From: Gammaproteobacteria bacterium
GTDB lineage: Bacteria > Pseudomonadota > Gammaproteobacteria > Eutrophobiales > Eutrophobiaceae
DNA: 64,000 nt
Direction of reading: 5' to 3'
Assembly (NCBI GenBank): GCA_965601665.1
Contig: OZ271833.1
Location: forward strand, 5,092 to 69,091
Shown here: positions 48,549-59,588 of the stretch, in pieces
Numbering within the stretch: the first letter of the stretch is position 1
Layout: each line of letters starts with the position of its first letter
Program-made: the position numbers and the translations under genes
Notes under the pieces: generated by a model
The model's input: only the letters and a program-made list of their open reading frames with translations
Told to the model about the DNA's origin: nothing
Databases searched by the model: none

Positions 48549-49259
48549 ATGAAAAACAACAATAAATTGCTACTCACTACAGGCCTTGTTTTGGCTACGC
48601 TGCTTACCAGCACCATTTCCACCAGCGCTTACGCTGTCGATGAAAAATGGAAAGTACGTTTTCGCGGTATTGGTATTATTCCTGATGATTCAAGTAATAA
48701 TATTACCGCAAATGGTACGACGGGATTGAATGCCGGCGTGGAAGTAAATGAAGCATTCGTGCCGGAGTTCGATATTACCTACATGATAACGCCGCACTGG
48801 GGTGTTGAAGCTATAGCGGGAATAGCAAAACATGATGTATCAATAGAAGGCAGCGACGGTGTCTTGTTGACCGGTCTTGGTATTAATGACGGGTTCGAGA
48901 TTTTTGACACCTGGGTTCTACCGCCGACAGTAACACTGCAATATCACTTCATGCCAGAGAGTAACATTCGCCCTTATGTAGGCGTGGGTGTTAACTACAC
49001 GGCAACCCTGTTTGATGATGCGACGGATCAATTAGAGGCTATATTGGGCCCGGTTGATGTCTCTACTAGCAATAGCTGGGGTTATGCGCTTCAGGCAGGT
49101 CTCGATTACGACATCAACGACAGCTGGTTTTTCAACGTCGATGTAAAATACATAGATATCAATACCACAGCCAAACTGGGATTCACCGGCGGCAACCTGG
49201 AAGTCGACCTGGACATCAATCCATTTGTCGTGGGCGCTGGTGTTGGTTATCGTTTCTAG
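48549..49259 (+). CDS. ompW: outer-membrane protein W
   Basis: signal peptide, 8-strand barrel periodicity, C-terminal GVGYRF. Confidence 0.8.
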   Translation: MKNNNKLLLTTGLVLATLLTSTISTSAYAVDEKWKVRFRGIGIIPDDSSNNITANGTTGLNAGVEVNEAFVPEFDITYMITPHWGVEAIAGIAKHDVSIEGSDGVLLTGLGINDGFEIFDTWVLPPTVTLQYHFMPESNIRPYVGVGVNYTATLFDDATDQLEAILGPVDVSTSNSWGYALQAGLDYDINDSWFFNVDVKYIDINTTAKLGFTGGNLEVDLDINPFVVGAGVGYRF

Positions 49260-49273
49260 ATTAAACCTTTGAG

Positions 49274-49306
49274 CAAGGCTTGGTACAAAATATTTACCAA
49301 GCCTTG
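49274..49306 (+). terminator. hairpin after ompW (weak terminator / attenuator before ccoN)
   Basis: CAAGGCTTGGTA-caaaatattt-TACCAAGCCTTG, T-poor tail. Confidence 0.4.
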
Positions 49307-49387
49307 TGGTAATTATTAATTCAGGGTTTATACTACGAATCATAACTATAAAAAGATGTATTTACAGATACCAAGTAGGAGTGTTTT

Positions 49388-50845
49388 ATGTCTGAGAGTG
49401 TAGCCGCGCAGGCCTCTACAATTTTGGACGACAGTTCGACTTATAACTACAAAGTAGTACGACAGTTTGCCATTATGACCATTGTTTGGGGATTGGTCGG
49501 CATGCTTGTCGGAGTCTTACTTGCCGCCCAGCTGGCATGGCCAGTTCTTAACTTTGATATACCTTACCTGACGTTCAGCCGACTTCGGCCCTTGCATACC
49601 AATGCGGTGATATTTGCGTTTGGTGGTTGTGCCTTGTTTGCCACGTCATATTACGTTGTGCAGCGCACAGCACATGCGCGATTGTTCAGTGACAAACTTG
49701 CCGCATTTACCTTTTGGGGTTGGCAGGCTGTTATCGTTTCCGCGGCAATTACCCTGCCGCTAGGCATAACGACCTCAAAGGAATACGCAGAGCTTGAATG
49801 GCCCATTGATATTCTGATTGCCGTCGTCTGGGTCGCGTATGCCATCAACTTTTTTGGCACGCTGGTCATGCGCAAGGTTAAACATATTTACGTGGCTAAC
49901 TGGTTTTTCGGTGCATTTATTATCACCGTAGCCGTTCTGCATATATTTAACAGCATGGCCTTGCCGGTCAGCCTGACCAAATCCTACTCTGCGTATGCCG
50001 GCGTACAGGACGCCATGGTGCAGTGGTGGTACGGACATAACGCGGTTGGGTTCTTCCTGACAGCCGGCTTCCTTGGCATGATGTACTACTTCGTGCCCAA
50101 GCAGGCCAACCGTCCTGTGTTTTCGTATCGACTTTCTATTGTGCATTTCTGGGCGTTGACGTTTACCTATATCTGGGCTGGTCCGCACCATTTGCATTAC
50201 ACAGCATTACCGGACTGGACCCAGTCACTGGGTATGGTGATGTCGATTATCCTGCTGGCGCCATCATGGGGCGGTATGATTAACGGTATCATGACGCTAT
50301 CAGGCGCCTGGCATAAGTTACGCACCGACCCGGTATTACGACTGTTAATTGTTTCGCTGTCTTTCTATGGCATGTCGACGTTTGAAGGTCCGATGATGTC
50401 GATTAAGACGGTTAACGCGTTATCGCATTTCACCGACTGGACCATTGGTCACGTGCATTCCGGTGCCCTGGGGTGGGTGGCATTCATCAGCCTGGGTGCC
50501 ATTTATTACCTGATGCCACGACTATACGGCCGTGAAATTTACAGTGTGAAGCTGATTGAAGTTCACTTCTGGGTTTCAACCATCGGCATCGTTCTTTACA
50601 TCGTTGCGATGTGGGTGGCGGGTATCATGCAAGGTTTGATGTGGCGCGCAGTGAATGATGATGGCACGCTGACATACAGCTTTATTGAGTCTGTTGAAGC
50701 GATGCATCCTTTTTATATCTTACGTTTCCTGGGTGGCTTGTTATTCCTGCTGGGTACAGCAGTAATGGCCTACAACCTGTGGATGACAGTCAAGGGAAGC
50801 AAACCGGTGACGGCCGCAATACCGCAGCCAGCCGGTGCGCACTAG
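49388..50845 (+). CDS. ccoN: cbb3-type cytochrome c oxidase subunit I
   Basis: 485 aa, 12 TM, heme-copper oxidase His ligands. Confidence 0.93.
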   Translation: MSESVAAQASTILDDSSTYNYKVVRQFAIMTIVWGLVGMLVGVLLAAQLAWPVLNFDIPYLTFSRLRPLHTNAVIFAFGGCALFATSYYVVQRTAHARLFSDKLAAFTFWGWQAVIVSAAITLPLGITTSKEYAELEWPIDILIAVVWVAYAINFFGTLVMRKVKHIYVANWFFGAFIITVAVLHIFNSMALPVSLTKSYSAYAGVQDAMVQWWYGHNAVGFFLTAGFLGMMYYFVPKQANRPVFSYRLSIVHFWALTFTYIWAGPHHLHYTALPDWTQSLGMVMSIILLAPSWGGMINGIMTLSGAWHKLRTDPVLRLLIVSLSFYGMSTFEGPMMSIKTVNALSHFTDWTIGHVHSGALGWVAFISLGAIYYLMPRLYGREIYSVKLIEVHFWVSTIGIVLYIVAMWVAGIMQGLMWRAVNDDGTLTYSFIESVEAMHPFYILRFLGGLLFLLGTAVMAYNLWMTVKGSKPVTAAIPQPAGAH

Positions 50846-50855
50846 GGGGTGAATC

Positions 50856-51470
50856 ATGGCTTTTAATCACTCGGTTATCGAAAAGAATATCGGCCTGATG
50901 ATAATCCTGATTGTGCTCACGATTAGCGTGGGTGCCCTGGTGCAAATCGTGCCACTGTTTTTCCAACATTCAACCACTGAACCGGTCGAGGGGCTTGAGC
51001 CTTATTCACCACTTGAAATTGTTGGTCGAGATGTCTATGTGCGCGAGGGTTGTTACACATGCCACTCACAGATGATTCGACCCTTCCGTGCAGAGGTGGA
51101 ACGCTACGGACACTACTCACTGGCAGGCGAATTTGTCTATGACCGTCCTTTCCAGTGGGGTTCAAAGCGTACCGGTCCTGACCTGCATCGAGTCGGCGGT
51201 CGTTATAGTGATGATTGGCATCGGGTGCATTTGATTAATCCACGCGATGTGGTGCCTGAATCTATCATGCCGGGTTATCCATGGCTGCAAACGGCTGAAC
51301 TGGATGACAGGAACATTCAGAAAAAGATGGAAGTGTTGCGTACATTAGGCGCGCCTTACACTGACGAGCAAATAGCAAAGGCCCCGGAGGAACTGGTAGG
51401 TAAAACCGAGATGGATGCCATCATCGCTTATCTACAAGACCTGGGCACTTCAGTTACGACGAGGCGTTAG
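50856..51470 (+). CDS. ccoO: cbb3 oxidase monoheme subunit II
   Basis: N-terminal TM, single CYTCH. Confidence 0.92.
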   Translation: MAFNHSVIEKNIGLMIILIVLTISVGALVQIVPLFFQHSTTEPVEGLEPYSPLEIVGRDVYVREGCYTCHSQMIRPFRAEVERYGHYSLAGEFVYDRPFQWGSKRTGPDLHRVGGRYSDDWHRVHLINPRDVVPESIMPGYPWLQTAELDDRNIQKKMEVLRTLGAPYTDEQIAKAPEELVGKTEMDAIIAYLQDLGTSVTTRR

Positions 51471-51472
51471 GC

Positions 51473-51643
51473 ATGAGTACGATTCTTTCTATCTGGACTG
51501 TCGCGGTCTTTGTGATCTTCGTCGGTATCGTCTTCTGGGTCTTGTCCAAAAGCAAAGAAGACTTCGATGAACAGGCCAATATACCGTTCAACGAAGAAGA
51601 TAATCCTGAAAAAAAATTAACAAATAAGGAGGCGCAGCATGGC
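51473..51643 (+). CDS. ccoQ: cbb3 oxidase subunit CcoQ (56 aa; below ORF-track cutoff)
   Basis: manual translation MSTILSIWTVAVFVIFVGIVFWVLSKSKEDFDEQANIPFNEED...; stop overlaps the ccoP start. Confidence 0.7.
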
Positions 51644-52553
51644 TGATTTTACCAGTGATATATGGTCCTGGTTTATAGCCCTGACGACCATCATAAGCAT
51701 CGTTGTTCTATTTATAATGGTGTTTATCCTATCCTCCGGCAAAAAACCCACGGATAAGGACGGCAACGTTGAAACCATGGGGCATGTCTGGGATGAGAAC
51801 CTGGAAGAGTACAACAATCCGTTGCCACGCTGGTGGTTATACATGTTTATCGTCACCTTGGTTTGGGGTTGCGCCTACCTGATCTTCTATCCGGGACTCG
51901 GCGCCTATGCCGGTGTAGGCGAATGGACTTCAAAGGGGCAGTATGAAAACGAAAAGGCCCAGGCCGATGAAAAATACAGCCCTATCTTTGAGCAGTATCA
52001 CAATACTGATATGAAACAGCTGGTCGGTAATGCAGATGCCATGGAAATAGGTGAAAGATTGTATGCCAGTTACTGTACACAATGTCACGGTTCCGATGCA
52101 CGTGGTGCCAGGGGCTATCCAAACTTGCGTGATGATGACTGGTTGTACGGGGGTGAACCTGACAATATATACAAGACCATTGTCAATGGCCGCAAGGCAG
52201 CAATGCCTGCATGGGCCGATCTTCTCAGCAATGAAGATATTTTCAATGTCGTGAGTTATGTTGAGTCAATGTCAGGCAGAACTGTTGATGGCAAGCATGC
52301 AGCGCTGGGTAAGGACATTTATAACACTAACTGTGCGATTTGCCATGGCGGAGACGGCAAGGGCAACTACATGTTTGGAGCACCAAACCTGACTGATGAT
52401 ATCTGGTTATATGGTGGTTCGCAGAAGAAAATAACGGAATCTGTTGTTAAAGGACGGAACGGTATCATGCCTGCGCACAAGGAGTTCCTGGGCGAAGCCA
52501 AGATACATATTCTTTCAGCTTACATATATAGCCTGTCTAACGAAACCAACTAG
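51639..52553 (+). CDS. ccoP: cbb3 oxidase diheme subunit III
   Basis: N-terminal TM, CTQCHG and CAICHG. Confidence 0.92.
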   Translation: MADFTSDIWSWFIALTTIISIVVLFIMVFILSSGKKPTDKDGNVETMGHVWDENLEEYNNPLPRWWLYMFIVTLVWGCAYLIFYPGLGAYAGVGEWTSKGQYENEKAQADEKYSPIFEQYHNTDMKQLVGNADAMEIGERLYASYCTQCHGSDARGARGYPNLRDDDWLYGGEPDNIYKTIVNGRKAAMPAWADLLSNEDIFNVVSYVESMSGRTVDGKHAALGKDIYNTNCAICHGGDGKGNYMFGAPNLTDDIWLYGGSQKKITESVVKGRNGIMPAHKEFLGEAKIHILSAYIYSLSNETN

Positions 52554-52556
52554 ATA

Positions 52557-52844
52557 ATGGAAATCATTGCTGGCATCGGCAAGACCGCAACGTTTTACCG
52601 GGTCGCCGCTGTCATGTGGCTTTCATTCCTGATGGCGGGCGTTGCCACAGGTGCCTTTTTTTCGGCGATTGACCCGCTGCAGTTGAAACCCTGTGTTGAT
52701 TTTCCGGAAGTGGGCCGCACCGCGGCCTATTCGATTGGCTTCTTGTTATTCTGGTTATTGACATCGTCTTCCAGTCTACTGTCGGTATTTTTCCTATACC
52801 CGACAAAAGACGATAAATCATCGGCTCAAGAAAACGATCATTAG
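52557..52844 (+). CDS. small membrane protein between ccoP and ccoG (hypothetical)
   Basis: 95 aa, two predicted TM helices. Confidence 0.4.
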   Translation: MEIIAGIGKTATFYRVAAVMWLSFLMAGVATGAFFSAIDPLQLKPCVDFPEVGRTAAYSIGFLLFWLLTSSSSLLSVFFLYPTKDDKSSAQENDH

Positions 52845-52859
52845 TTGTAACGTGTTGCT

Positions 52860-54266
52860 ATGAGCATGCAGGACCCATCAGTTTCCAGCGCGGCATCAGC
52901 CGCGCAAAAAGAATCCGAGCTTCTTTACGAGAAGCGCGAGAAGATTTATCCGCGAGAAGTACATGGTATTTTTGCACGGCTGCGTTCTTCTGCTGCGATG
53001 GCCATGCTCGCGCTGTATTTTGTACAACCGTGGATAGATTTAAAAGGTGAACAAATTGTATTGTTTGATTTACCGGCCAGGAAATTTCATATCTATGGCC
53101 TGACTTTCTGGCCGCAGGATTTCCTGTTTCTTGCATTCATACTGATTATTCTTGCTTTTAGCCTGTTTTTTTTTACTGCATTGGCCGGTCGCCTATGGTG
53201 CGGATATGCCTGCCCGCAAACCGTATGGACGGAAGTCTATTTCTGGGTTGAACGTAAGCTGGAGGGTACACCTAACCAGCAACGCAAGCTGGATAAAAGT
53301 TCATTGTCAGGCAAGAAAGCCTTGCTAAAGGCGAGTAAACATTTTATCTGGTTAGCGATTGCCTTTTTGACCGCGTTTACATTTGTCGCTTACTTCAGCC
53401 CGGCCAAGGAATTAAGTCGGGACTTGATGACGTTTGATGCGCACGGTTGGGAAGTGTTCTGGATTTTCTTCTTCACTATGGCCACCTATGTGAATGCCGG
53501 CTGGATGCGCGAGCAGGTTTGTAAATATATGTGTCCCTATGCGCGTTTCCAGAGTGCCATGTTCGACGACGAAACATTGATCATTTCCTACGATGAGAAG
53601 CGCGGTGAACCAAGGGGCTCACGTCGATCTGATTCTGCTAAAGAAGGGCTGGGTGACTGCATCAACTGTACGATGTGCGTGCAGGTTTGCCCGACCGGCA
53701 TAGATATACGTGATGGCTTGCAATACGAGTGTATTGGCTGTTCTGCCTGTGTCGACGTTTGTGATCAGGTCATGGAGAAAATGAATTATCCGAAGGGGCT
53801 GATACGCTACACAACACAAAATGCGATGGAAGGTAAGAAAAGTCGGATCATCAGACCGCGTATTGTGATCTACTTTTGTATCCTGTCGTTACTCAGTACG
53901 ATTTTCCTTGTTACCATACTGACGCGCTCGGTGATTGATCTGAATATTATTCGTGACAGAAACCAGTTGTTCCGTGAAACCCAGGGTTATATTGAGAATA
54001 TCTATACCTTGAAATTGATTAATATGGATAACGTTGCCCATCAATTCGTCGTTACTGCAGATGGTATTGATGGTCTGATTCTCATGAAGGACAAGGAGGC
54101 AGTGCAGGTCGCTGCCGGTGACGTGGTTGAGCTACCGGTACGGCTGCGGGCCCGCGAAGATGAACTTGCAGGTCAGCGCACAGAGGTGTTCTTTAACCTG
54201 GTTGCTGAAGACACGGAAGATATGTCTATCAGGCAAAAAGCCGCTTTTATTGGACCATTACCATGA
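52860..54266 (+). CDS. ccoG: cbb3 oxidase assembly ferredoxin-like membrane protein CcoG/FixG
   Basis: TM helices plus two 4Fe-4S motifs CINCTMCVQVCP and CIGCSACVDVCD. Confidence 0.9.
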   Translation: MSMQDPSVSSAASAAQKESELLYEKREKIYPREVHGIFARLRSSAAMAMLALYFVQPWIDLKGEQIVLFDLPARKFHIYGLTFWPQDFLFLAFILIILAFSLFFFTALAGRLWCGYACPQTVWTEVYFWVERKLEGTPNQQRKLDKSSLSGKKALLKASKHFIWLAIAFLTAFTFVAYFSPAKELSRDLMTFDAHGWEVFWIFFFTMATYVNAGWMREQVCKYMCPYARFQSAMFDDETLIISYDEKRGEPRGSRRSDSAKEGLGDCINCTMCVQVCPTGIDIRDGLQYECIGCSACVDVCDQVMEKMNYPKGLIRYTTQNAMEGKKSRIIRPRIVIYFCILSLLSTIFLVTILTRSVIDLNIIRDRNQLFRETQGYIENIYTLKLINMDNVAHQFVVTADGIDGLILMKDKEAVQVAAGDVVELPVRLRAREDELAGQRTEVFFNLVAEDTEDMSIRQKAAFIGPLP

Positions 54267-54742
54267 GCCGCACTAACGACGAACATCCGGTCAAACCCTG
54301 GCACAGGGAATACTATGTCTGGATGGTGATATTTTTCCCAATGCTCGCCGTAGTTGCGGGTGTTTATACAATCCATCTTGCGATCACTTCCGATGATGGA
54401 CTGGTTGTTGATGACTATTACAAGAAGGGCCTGGAAATTAACCGCACGCTTGAGCGTGATCAGATTGCCAGTAGTTATGATCTTAAAGCGGATGTCAGTT
54501 TTGAGCCCGCACTCAAGGAAGTCATCATCGTACTCTCTGCTAACAATGAATTTTCTTACCCCGAAACGATTGAAGCCGTATTTCTTAACGCAACCCGTGC
54601 CGGTCTTGATGAAACAGCGAGGCTTATACATACCGGTGACCATGTTTACCGGGGGCAACTTCCCGCGCTGACAACAGGTAAATGGTATCTGCAATTACAA
54701 GATAATAACTGGCGTCTGAGCCAGGAATTACTCGTAGACTAG
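54263..54742 (+). CDS. ccoH: CcoH/FixH cbb3 assembly protein
   Basis: 159 aa, N-terminal TM, overlaps ccoG stop. Confidence 0.75.
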   Translation: MSRTNDEHPVKPWHREYYVWMVIFFPMLAVVAGVYTIHLAITSDDGLVVDDYYKKGLEINRTLERDQIASSYDLKADVSFEPALKEVIIVLSANNEFSYPETIEAVFLNATRAGLDETARLIHTGDHVYRGQLPALTTGKWYLQLQDNNWRLSQELLVD

Positions 54743-54905
54743 GCATATCCGATAGCAGTCGGCAGTCTTCTTTGCCGTCATGAAAATTCCCGGTAAAAGC
54801 CCCGAAAGGAACTGTTTGTGTTCGGCTTCATTCATAATTAGTTGTTATTTCTCAATAAGCAACCTATTATAATTAATTCTGATTCTTTAAATATAACATA
54901 ACTAT

Positions 54906-55250
54906 TTGTTTATTATGAATAATATAGCCAAAGATATCCCGGCAATCGCGCTAATCCTGTTTATGGCTGCCGGCTGTATGCAAAAAATACATGAGCCGCA
55001 ACTAACCGCTGGCAATGACAAGGTGCTGTATATCTATGAAGACGGGCAGATGGTGTTTCGTTCCAGGTTCGTGCATCAAAGTGATGTTTATTTATATGAT
55101 GATGGCCTTGGTGGTGAACGAGCTGCAATCAAGGTACGTAGTCCGTTGCATCCGGATTTCTATCGTGACTCAACGGTGATCAGGATGACGAGTCAGGAAG
55201 GCAGCAGCATCAGGAAAAATGATGCAGTGAAGCAATATCAAATAAATTAA
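54906..55250 (+). CDS. small lipoprotein of unknown function
   Basis: signal peptide with lipobox AAGC. Confidence 0.4.
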   Translation: MFIMNNIAKDIPAIALILFMAAGCMQKIHEPQLTAGNDKVLYIYEDGQMVFRSRFVHQSDVYLYDDGLGGERAAIKVRSPLHPDFYRDSTVIRMTSQEGSSIRKNDAVKQYQIN

Positions 55251-55398
55251 CACTTTATCGACCGCCCTTTTGAATAGCTGCTTTTTTTCTGGAAGCGGCT
55301 GAATGAATCGTCTATCCTTTAATTGGTATTGCCTGATCAAGACAATAATTATTCGGGCAATATTTACATTACATTAAGAAGTAGGGGAGTTGTTAAGT

Positions 55399-55605
55399 AT
55401 GATAAGTGGCAAAGTGAAATGGTTTAGTGAGTCCAAAGGTTATGGATTCATCGAACCAGAGGGAGGTGGCGAAGACATATTCGTTCATTATTCGTCTATC
55501 AAGGTAGACGGCTTCAAAACCTTAAACGAGGGCCAGGCTGTTACCTATAACGCAGAGAAAGGTCCGAAGGGTATGCATGCGGTAGAGGTGGAAGTAGCAT
55601 CCTGA
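55399..55605 (+). CDS. cold-shock protein (CspA family)
   Basis: MISGKVKWFSESKGYGFIEPEGGGEDIFVHYSSI, RNP1/RNP2 motifs. Confidence 0.92.
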   Translation: MISGKVKWFSESKGYGFIEPEGGGEDIFVHYSSIKVDGFKTLNEGQAVTYNAEKGPKGMHAVEVEVAS

Positions 55606-55623
55606 TACTAAAATGTTATCCGA

Positions 55624-55651
55624 AAAAAACCCTGCCATGCAGGGTTTTTTT
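55624..55651 (+). terminator. intrinsic terminator after csp
   Basis: CCCTG-ccatg-CAGGG followed by T7. Confidence 0.75.
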
Positions 55652-55896
55652 ATGTCCAGGGATGGACTGTATATCGCGAGAGGACAGGAAGTCCGGAGCG
55701 ATGAATGTACATGATTGTAATGGTCGGTAATAGCTCCTGCATTACCGACATTCCCGCCATCCATGGCGGTCATATGCCGGTTTTGCACAACTGCATGGAT
55801 GCAGTTGGTAGAACGACACAGGATTCAAAGCCGAGGAACAAAAAACCGGCGAATGTCCATTGCAGCAAGCGATCAATTTCCAGGGATATGGATTGC

Positions 55897-57870
55897 CTAA
55901 CCTTCCAGCATGAACCGTTCAGCATTAATTAATGCCCCGGGTCGGCCCTCAATAACCACGGTGTCACCAGCCTCGAAATGAAAATCCTGATTAACGGGTT
56001 CGATACGATTCGGCCCACGACGTACCGCAATCAATGTCGCACCCATCGGCTCCAGTTCAAGTTCTGCCGGAGTTTTTCCGATGGCAAAACAGTCTTCCAA
56101 CAACGTGACATTATGAAAGCGCAGTGCCTGCGTCTCATCTACGCCAAACGCTTCCTCACCTCGAAAAAAGCCCCTGAGTTTCTTGTAATCATCTTTTCTT
56201 GCCTGGTCCACAAAGGCCATGCAGCGCGATGCAGATATACCCAGGTGCTGTAATAAGTGTATAGCCAGCACCATGCTTGCTTCAAAACTTTCCGGAACCA
56301 CGTTGGTCGCGCCCTGGTCATGCAGCTGATCCATATGTCTGTCATCCTTACTCCTGACAATGACAGGTATTGTTTTATTAAGACTGCGCGTGGCAAGAAT
56401 CACTTTTTCCGCAATTTGTGGATCATGAAAGGTTATGATTAAGGCGCTGGCCCGTTCAACCTCGGCTTTATCCAGTATTTCACTATGCGTGCTGTCACCA
56501 TAGAACACCTGTTCACCGGCTTCCCAGGCCTCTCTGATAATACTGTGATCCAGGTCCAGCGCAATGTAGCTGATATCCAATTCATTGAGAATGTTCGCCA
56601 GGTTTTGGCCTATACGACCAAAGCCGCAAATGATGACGTGGTTGCGAATCGATATACAGGCCTGTTCCAGATCCTTGGGTGGTACGTTGGCGCCCATGGT
56701 ATAGCGGCCCCTGAATAGCCATTCGGCCAGCTGACTGTTATAGCGGATTAGCACAGGACTGATGATCATACTTAACAGGGCCGAAGCCATAATGGGTTGC
56801 GTTTGTTGTAAGCTGATCAAACCATTACTGATTGCAAGGATTAATATCGCGAAGCCAAATTCACCGGCTTGTCCAAGTACCAGACCGGTCCGAAAAGCAA
56901 CCGGTGGTTGGTAGCCAAACAGGCGGGTTAATATCATGATAACCACGCCTTTACCAACGATTAGGCCCGAAGTCAGTAAACCAATCCAGAACCATTCCCG
57001 AATAATGACAGTCATGTCCAGCTGCGCCCCGATACTGATAAAAAACAGTCCCATCAATACATCCCGGAATGGCCTTATGTCTGTTTCAATCTGGTGTTTA
57101 TATTCGGTTTCACTCAGCATCAGTCCGGCCAGGAAAGCGCCCAGTGCCAACGATAATTCCAGCGCGTGTGTTAACCAGGCCGCGGCCAATACGACAAGTA
57201 ATGTGGCCAGTGTAAATATTTCCGATGAGCGCGTACTGGCGACCAGGTGATAAAAAGGTCGTAATAGATGGCGGCCAATTTGAAATAACAGTACAAATGC
57301 GAGCAAGCCCTTGGCCAGTGCCAGCAGGATAGGCATGGTCATGGATTGATCGCTATTAACCGTAAGGATAGGGATGATGACCAACAACGGAACCACGGCA
57401 AGGTCCTGGAATAGCAGAATACCGATGGCAAGCAGGCCATGGCGGCCTTGCATTTCCAGCTGATCAGAGAGTTGTTTGGCAACGATGGCCGTTGATGACA
57501 ATGCCAGCGCACCACCCACAACCAGTGCTGCCTGCCATTCAATGCCTGTCATCCAGGCAATCGTTCCGCCCGACATGGAAGAAATGATGACCTGAATGCT
57601 ACCAAGTCCAAACACCGTGTTGCGCATGGCAATCAGGCGGGAGATGGCAAACTCCAGCCCAATCATAAACAGCAGGAATACGACGCCTATCTCGGCCAGC
57701 AGCTGAATACTGTCAAGTTCGGGAATCCAGCCCAGTGCGTTTGGCCCTACCAGAATGCCAACAAACAGGTAGCCGAGTATCGGGGTAAACTTTAATCTTT
57801 TCAGTATCCATACCATCAATACGGATAGCGAAAGTAAAATCAGGCCTTCATTAAGTGCGCTATGGTCCAT
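55897..57870 (-). CDS. CPA2-family K+(Na+)/H+ antiporter with RCK (TrkA-N/TrkA-C) domains, KefB/KefC-like
   Basis: 657 aa; N-terminal Kef-type membrane domain, GxGxxG Rossmann in RCK (ICGFGRIGQ), C-terminal TrkA-C. Confidence 0.85.
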   Translation of the reverse strand: MDHSALNEGLILLSLSVLMVWILKRLKFTPILGYLFVGILVGPNALGWIPELDSIQLLAEIGVVFLLFMIGLEFAISRLIAMRNTVFGLGSIQVIISSMSGGTIAWMTGIEWQAALVVGGALALSSTAIVAKQLSDQLEMQGRHGLLAIGILLFQDLAVVPLLVIIPILTVNSDQSMTMPILLALAKGLLAFVLLFQIGRHLLRPFYHLVASTRSSEIFTLATLLVVLAAAWLTHALELSLALGAFLAGLMLSETEYKHQIETDIRPFRDVLMGLFFISIGAQLDMTVIIREWFWIGLLTSGLIVGKGVVIMILTRLFGYQPPVAFRTGLVLGQAGEFGFAILILAISNGLISLQQTQPIMASALLSMIISPVLIRYNSQLAEWLFRGRYTMGANVPPKDLEQACISIRNHVIICGFGRIGQNLANILNELDISYIALDLDHSIIREAWEAGEQVFYGDSTHSEILDKAEVERASALIITFHDPQIAEKVILATRSLNKTIPVIVRSKDDRHMDQLHDQGATNVVPESFEASMVLAIHLLQHLGISASRCMAFVDQARKDDYKKLRGFFRGEEAFGVDETQALRFHNVTLLEDCFAIGKTPAELELEPMGATLIAVRRGPNRIEPVNQDFHFEAGDTVVIEGRPGALINAERFMLEG

Positions 57871-57996
57871 TCATCTCTCTTGGTACGAAACCCGGCAGTG
57901 TAAAGTAATCGACTTCACGCTTGAATAGTTTAACAATGACGCAATCTGATTAGTAAAGATATGAAACAAATCAACTAAACCGGAGATCGATCTACG

Positions 57997-58185
57997 ATGT
58001 CTACTTGGGAACAGGTGCTGCTGGGTATCGCGGCAGTAGCGATACTCTTTTTCTTCTGGCCGGGCGCAAAAAAAATGCTGGAGCAGAGCCAGCAGGCCGA
58101 AAACAAGGACTGGCAGGGTGCGCTGGTACCGCTTGGTTTTGTCGTGCTATTCGTTATCGTGTTGATCGCACTCGCCAGAGGCTAG
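57997..58185 (+). CDS. small membrane protein (62 aa)
   Basis: two hydrophobic helices; low confidence. Confidence 0.3.
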   Translation: MSTWEQVLLGIAAVAILFFFWPGAKKMLEQSQQAENKDWQGALVPLGFVVLFVIVLIALARG

Positions 58186-58327
58186 CTTTTTTCCGGAACC
58201 CTTTTCGCCAAACTCCCTCAAAAATCATTCAAGACCTCGTCTTGCTATATCGTGCGGTGCCGCTGCCAACGGCGACGAGGAATGATACACTGATATTTGC
58301 CACGCTGTGGCTTCCAGAGGATTTACA

Positions 58328-58711
58328 ATGACATATTTCAAAAAATTACCTGCTATTTTCGCCATCGTTTTGGTAACGCTATGCCAGCCAGCAATGGCAG
58401 AGGAAGAAGAGTTGATGACCGCCGGCGAATTACTCAACAACTGCAACGAAGGCTACAGTCCTGGTTCCCCAACACCATTCTGCATGAAATACGTAGGTGA
58501 CTTTGTGTTTATGATGATGGCGCTACAACAGGCAGAGCAGAGTCCACCAATATTCTGTATTAATCCGCAGATGCATCCATTGGAAGAAGTGACCGAGAAA
58601 GTCCATGGTTACCTGCGGGCCAAGACATCACGTGCGAGCCAGCCGGCACAGGACCTCGTTATAGAAGCGCTCAACAAGGGCTATCCTTGTTCCCTGAATA
58701 ATCAGACCTGA
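58328..58711 (+). CDS. small secreted Cys-containing protein (hypothetical)
   Basis: signal peptide [24 protein letters not shown], 4 Cys. Confidence 0.4.
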   Translation: MTYFKKLPAIFAIVLVTLCQPAMAEEEELMTAGELLNNCNEGYSPGSPTPFCMKYVGDFVFMMMALQQAEQSPPIFCINPQMHPLEEVTEKVHGYLRAKTSRASQPAQDLVIEALNKGYPCSLNNQT

Positions 58712-58721
58712 AACTATCCAG

Positions 58722-59576
58722 ATGGCCGCGCCAGCGCAAAAGCAGCAATACAACCATAACAAGCTACACAAGCGACTGCGTCGCAACGTGGGCAAGGCGA
58801 TTGCAGATTACAACATGATCGAGCAGGGTGATCGCGTCATGGTATGTTTATCTGGAGGCGCGGATTCCTACACCATGCTTGATGTCCTGCTAAGCATGCA
58901 GAAAACGGCGCCGGTCGACTTTGAACTGGTCGCCGTTAACCTGGATCAGAAGCAGCCTGACTTTCCTGAACATGTGTTGCCTGCTTACCTGGATGAGCTT
59001 GGCATCGATTACCACATACTTGAAGAAGACACTTATAGTGTAGTGAAGCGCGTTATTCCCGAGAATAAAACGTTTTGTGGTCTTTGTTCTCGCTTGCGCC
59101 GCGGAGTACTGTACCGGTTTGCTAAAGAACAGGGTTTTACCAAAATTGCGCTGGGCCATCATCGTGAAGATATTATCGAGACGCTGTTTCTCAACATGTT
59201 TTATGGTGGCAAGCTAAAATCGATGCCACCCAAATTGAAGAGCGATGATGGTGAAAATATCGTAATTCGTCCATTGGCGTACTGCGCTGAAAAAGATATC
59301 AAGGCCTATGCAGAAGCACAGCAATTTCCGATTATTCCTTGCAACCTTTGTGGGTCGCAGGACAACCTGCAACGCCAGGCTATCAAGCAAATGCTGTCTG
59401 AATGGGGGCGCAAACATCCTGGCCGGGTACAAACTATTTTTTCCAGTCTGCAAAACATTGTGCCTTCTCACTTGCTCGATACCAACGCCTATGACTTCAA
59501 GCATTTCGCCCGGGATGATGCATCCACGCCCGATGGCGGTGCGTGGTTGCTTGGCAAGCAAGACCAGCAACAATAA
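58722..59576 (+). CDS. ttcA: tRNA 2-thiocytidine(32) synthetase
   Basis: [34 protein letters not shown]-loop and [10 protein letters not shown] Fe-S Cys motifs, full-length similarity to E. coli TtcA, recalled from memory. Confidence 0.9.
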   Translation: MAAPAQKQQYNHNKLHKRLRRNVGKAIADYNMIEQGDRVMVCLSGGADSYTMLDVLLSMQKTAPVDFELVAVNLDQKQPDFPEHVLPAYLDELGIDYHILEEDTYSVVKRVIPENKTFCGLCSRLRRGVLYRFAKEQGFTKIALGHHREDIIETLFLNMFYGGKLKSMPPKLKSDDGENIVIRPLAYCAEKDIKAYAEAQQFPIIPCNLCGSQDNLQRQAIKQMLSEWGRKHPGRVQTIFSSLQNIVPSHLLDTNAYDFKHFARDDASTPDGGAWLLGKQDQQQ

Positions 59577-59588
59577 GTCCTCACTGCC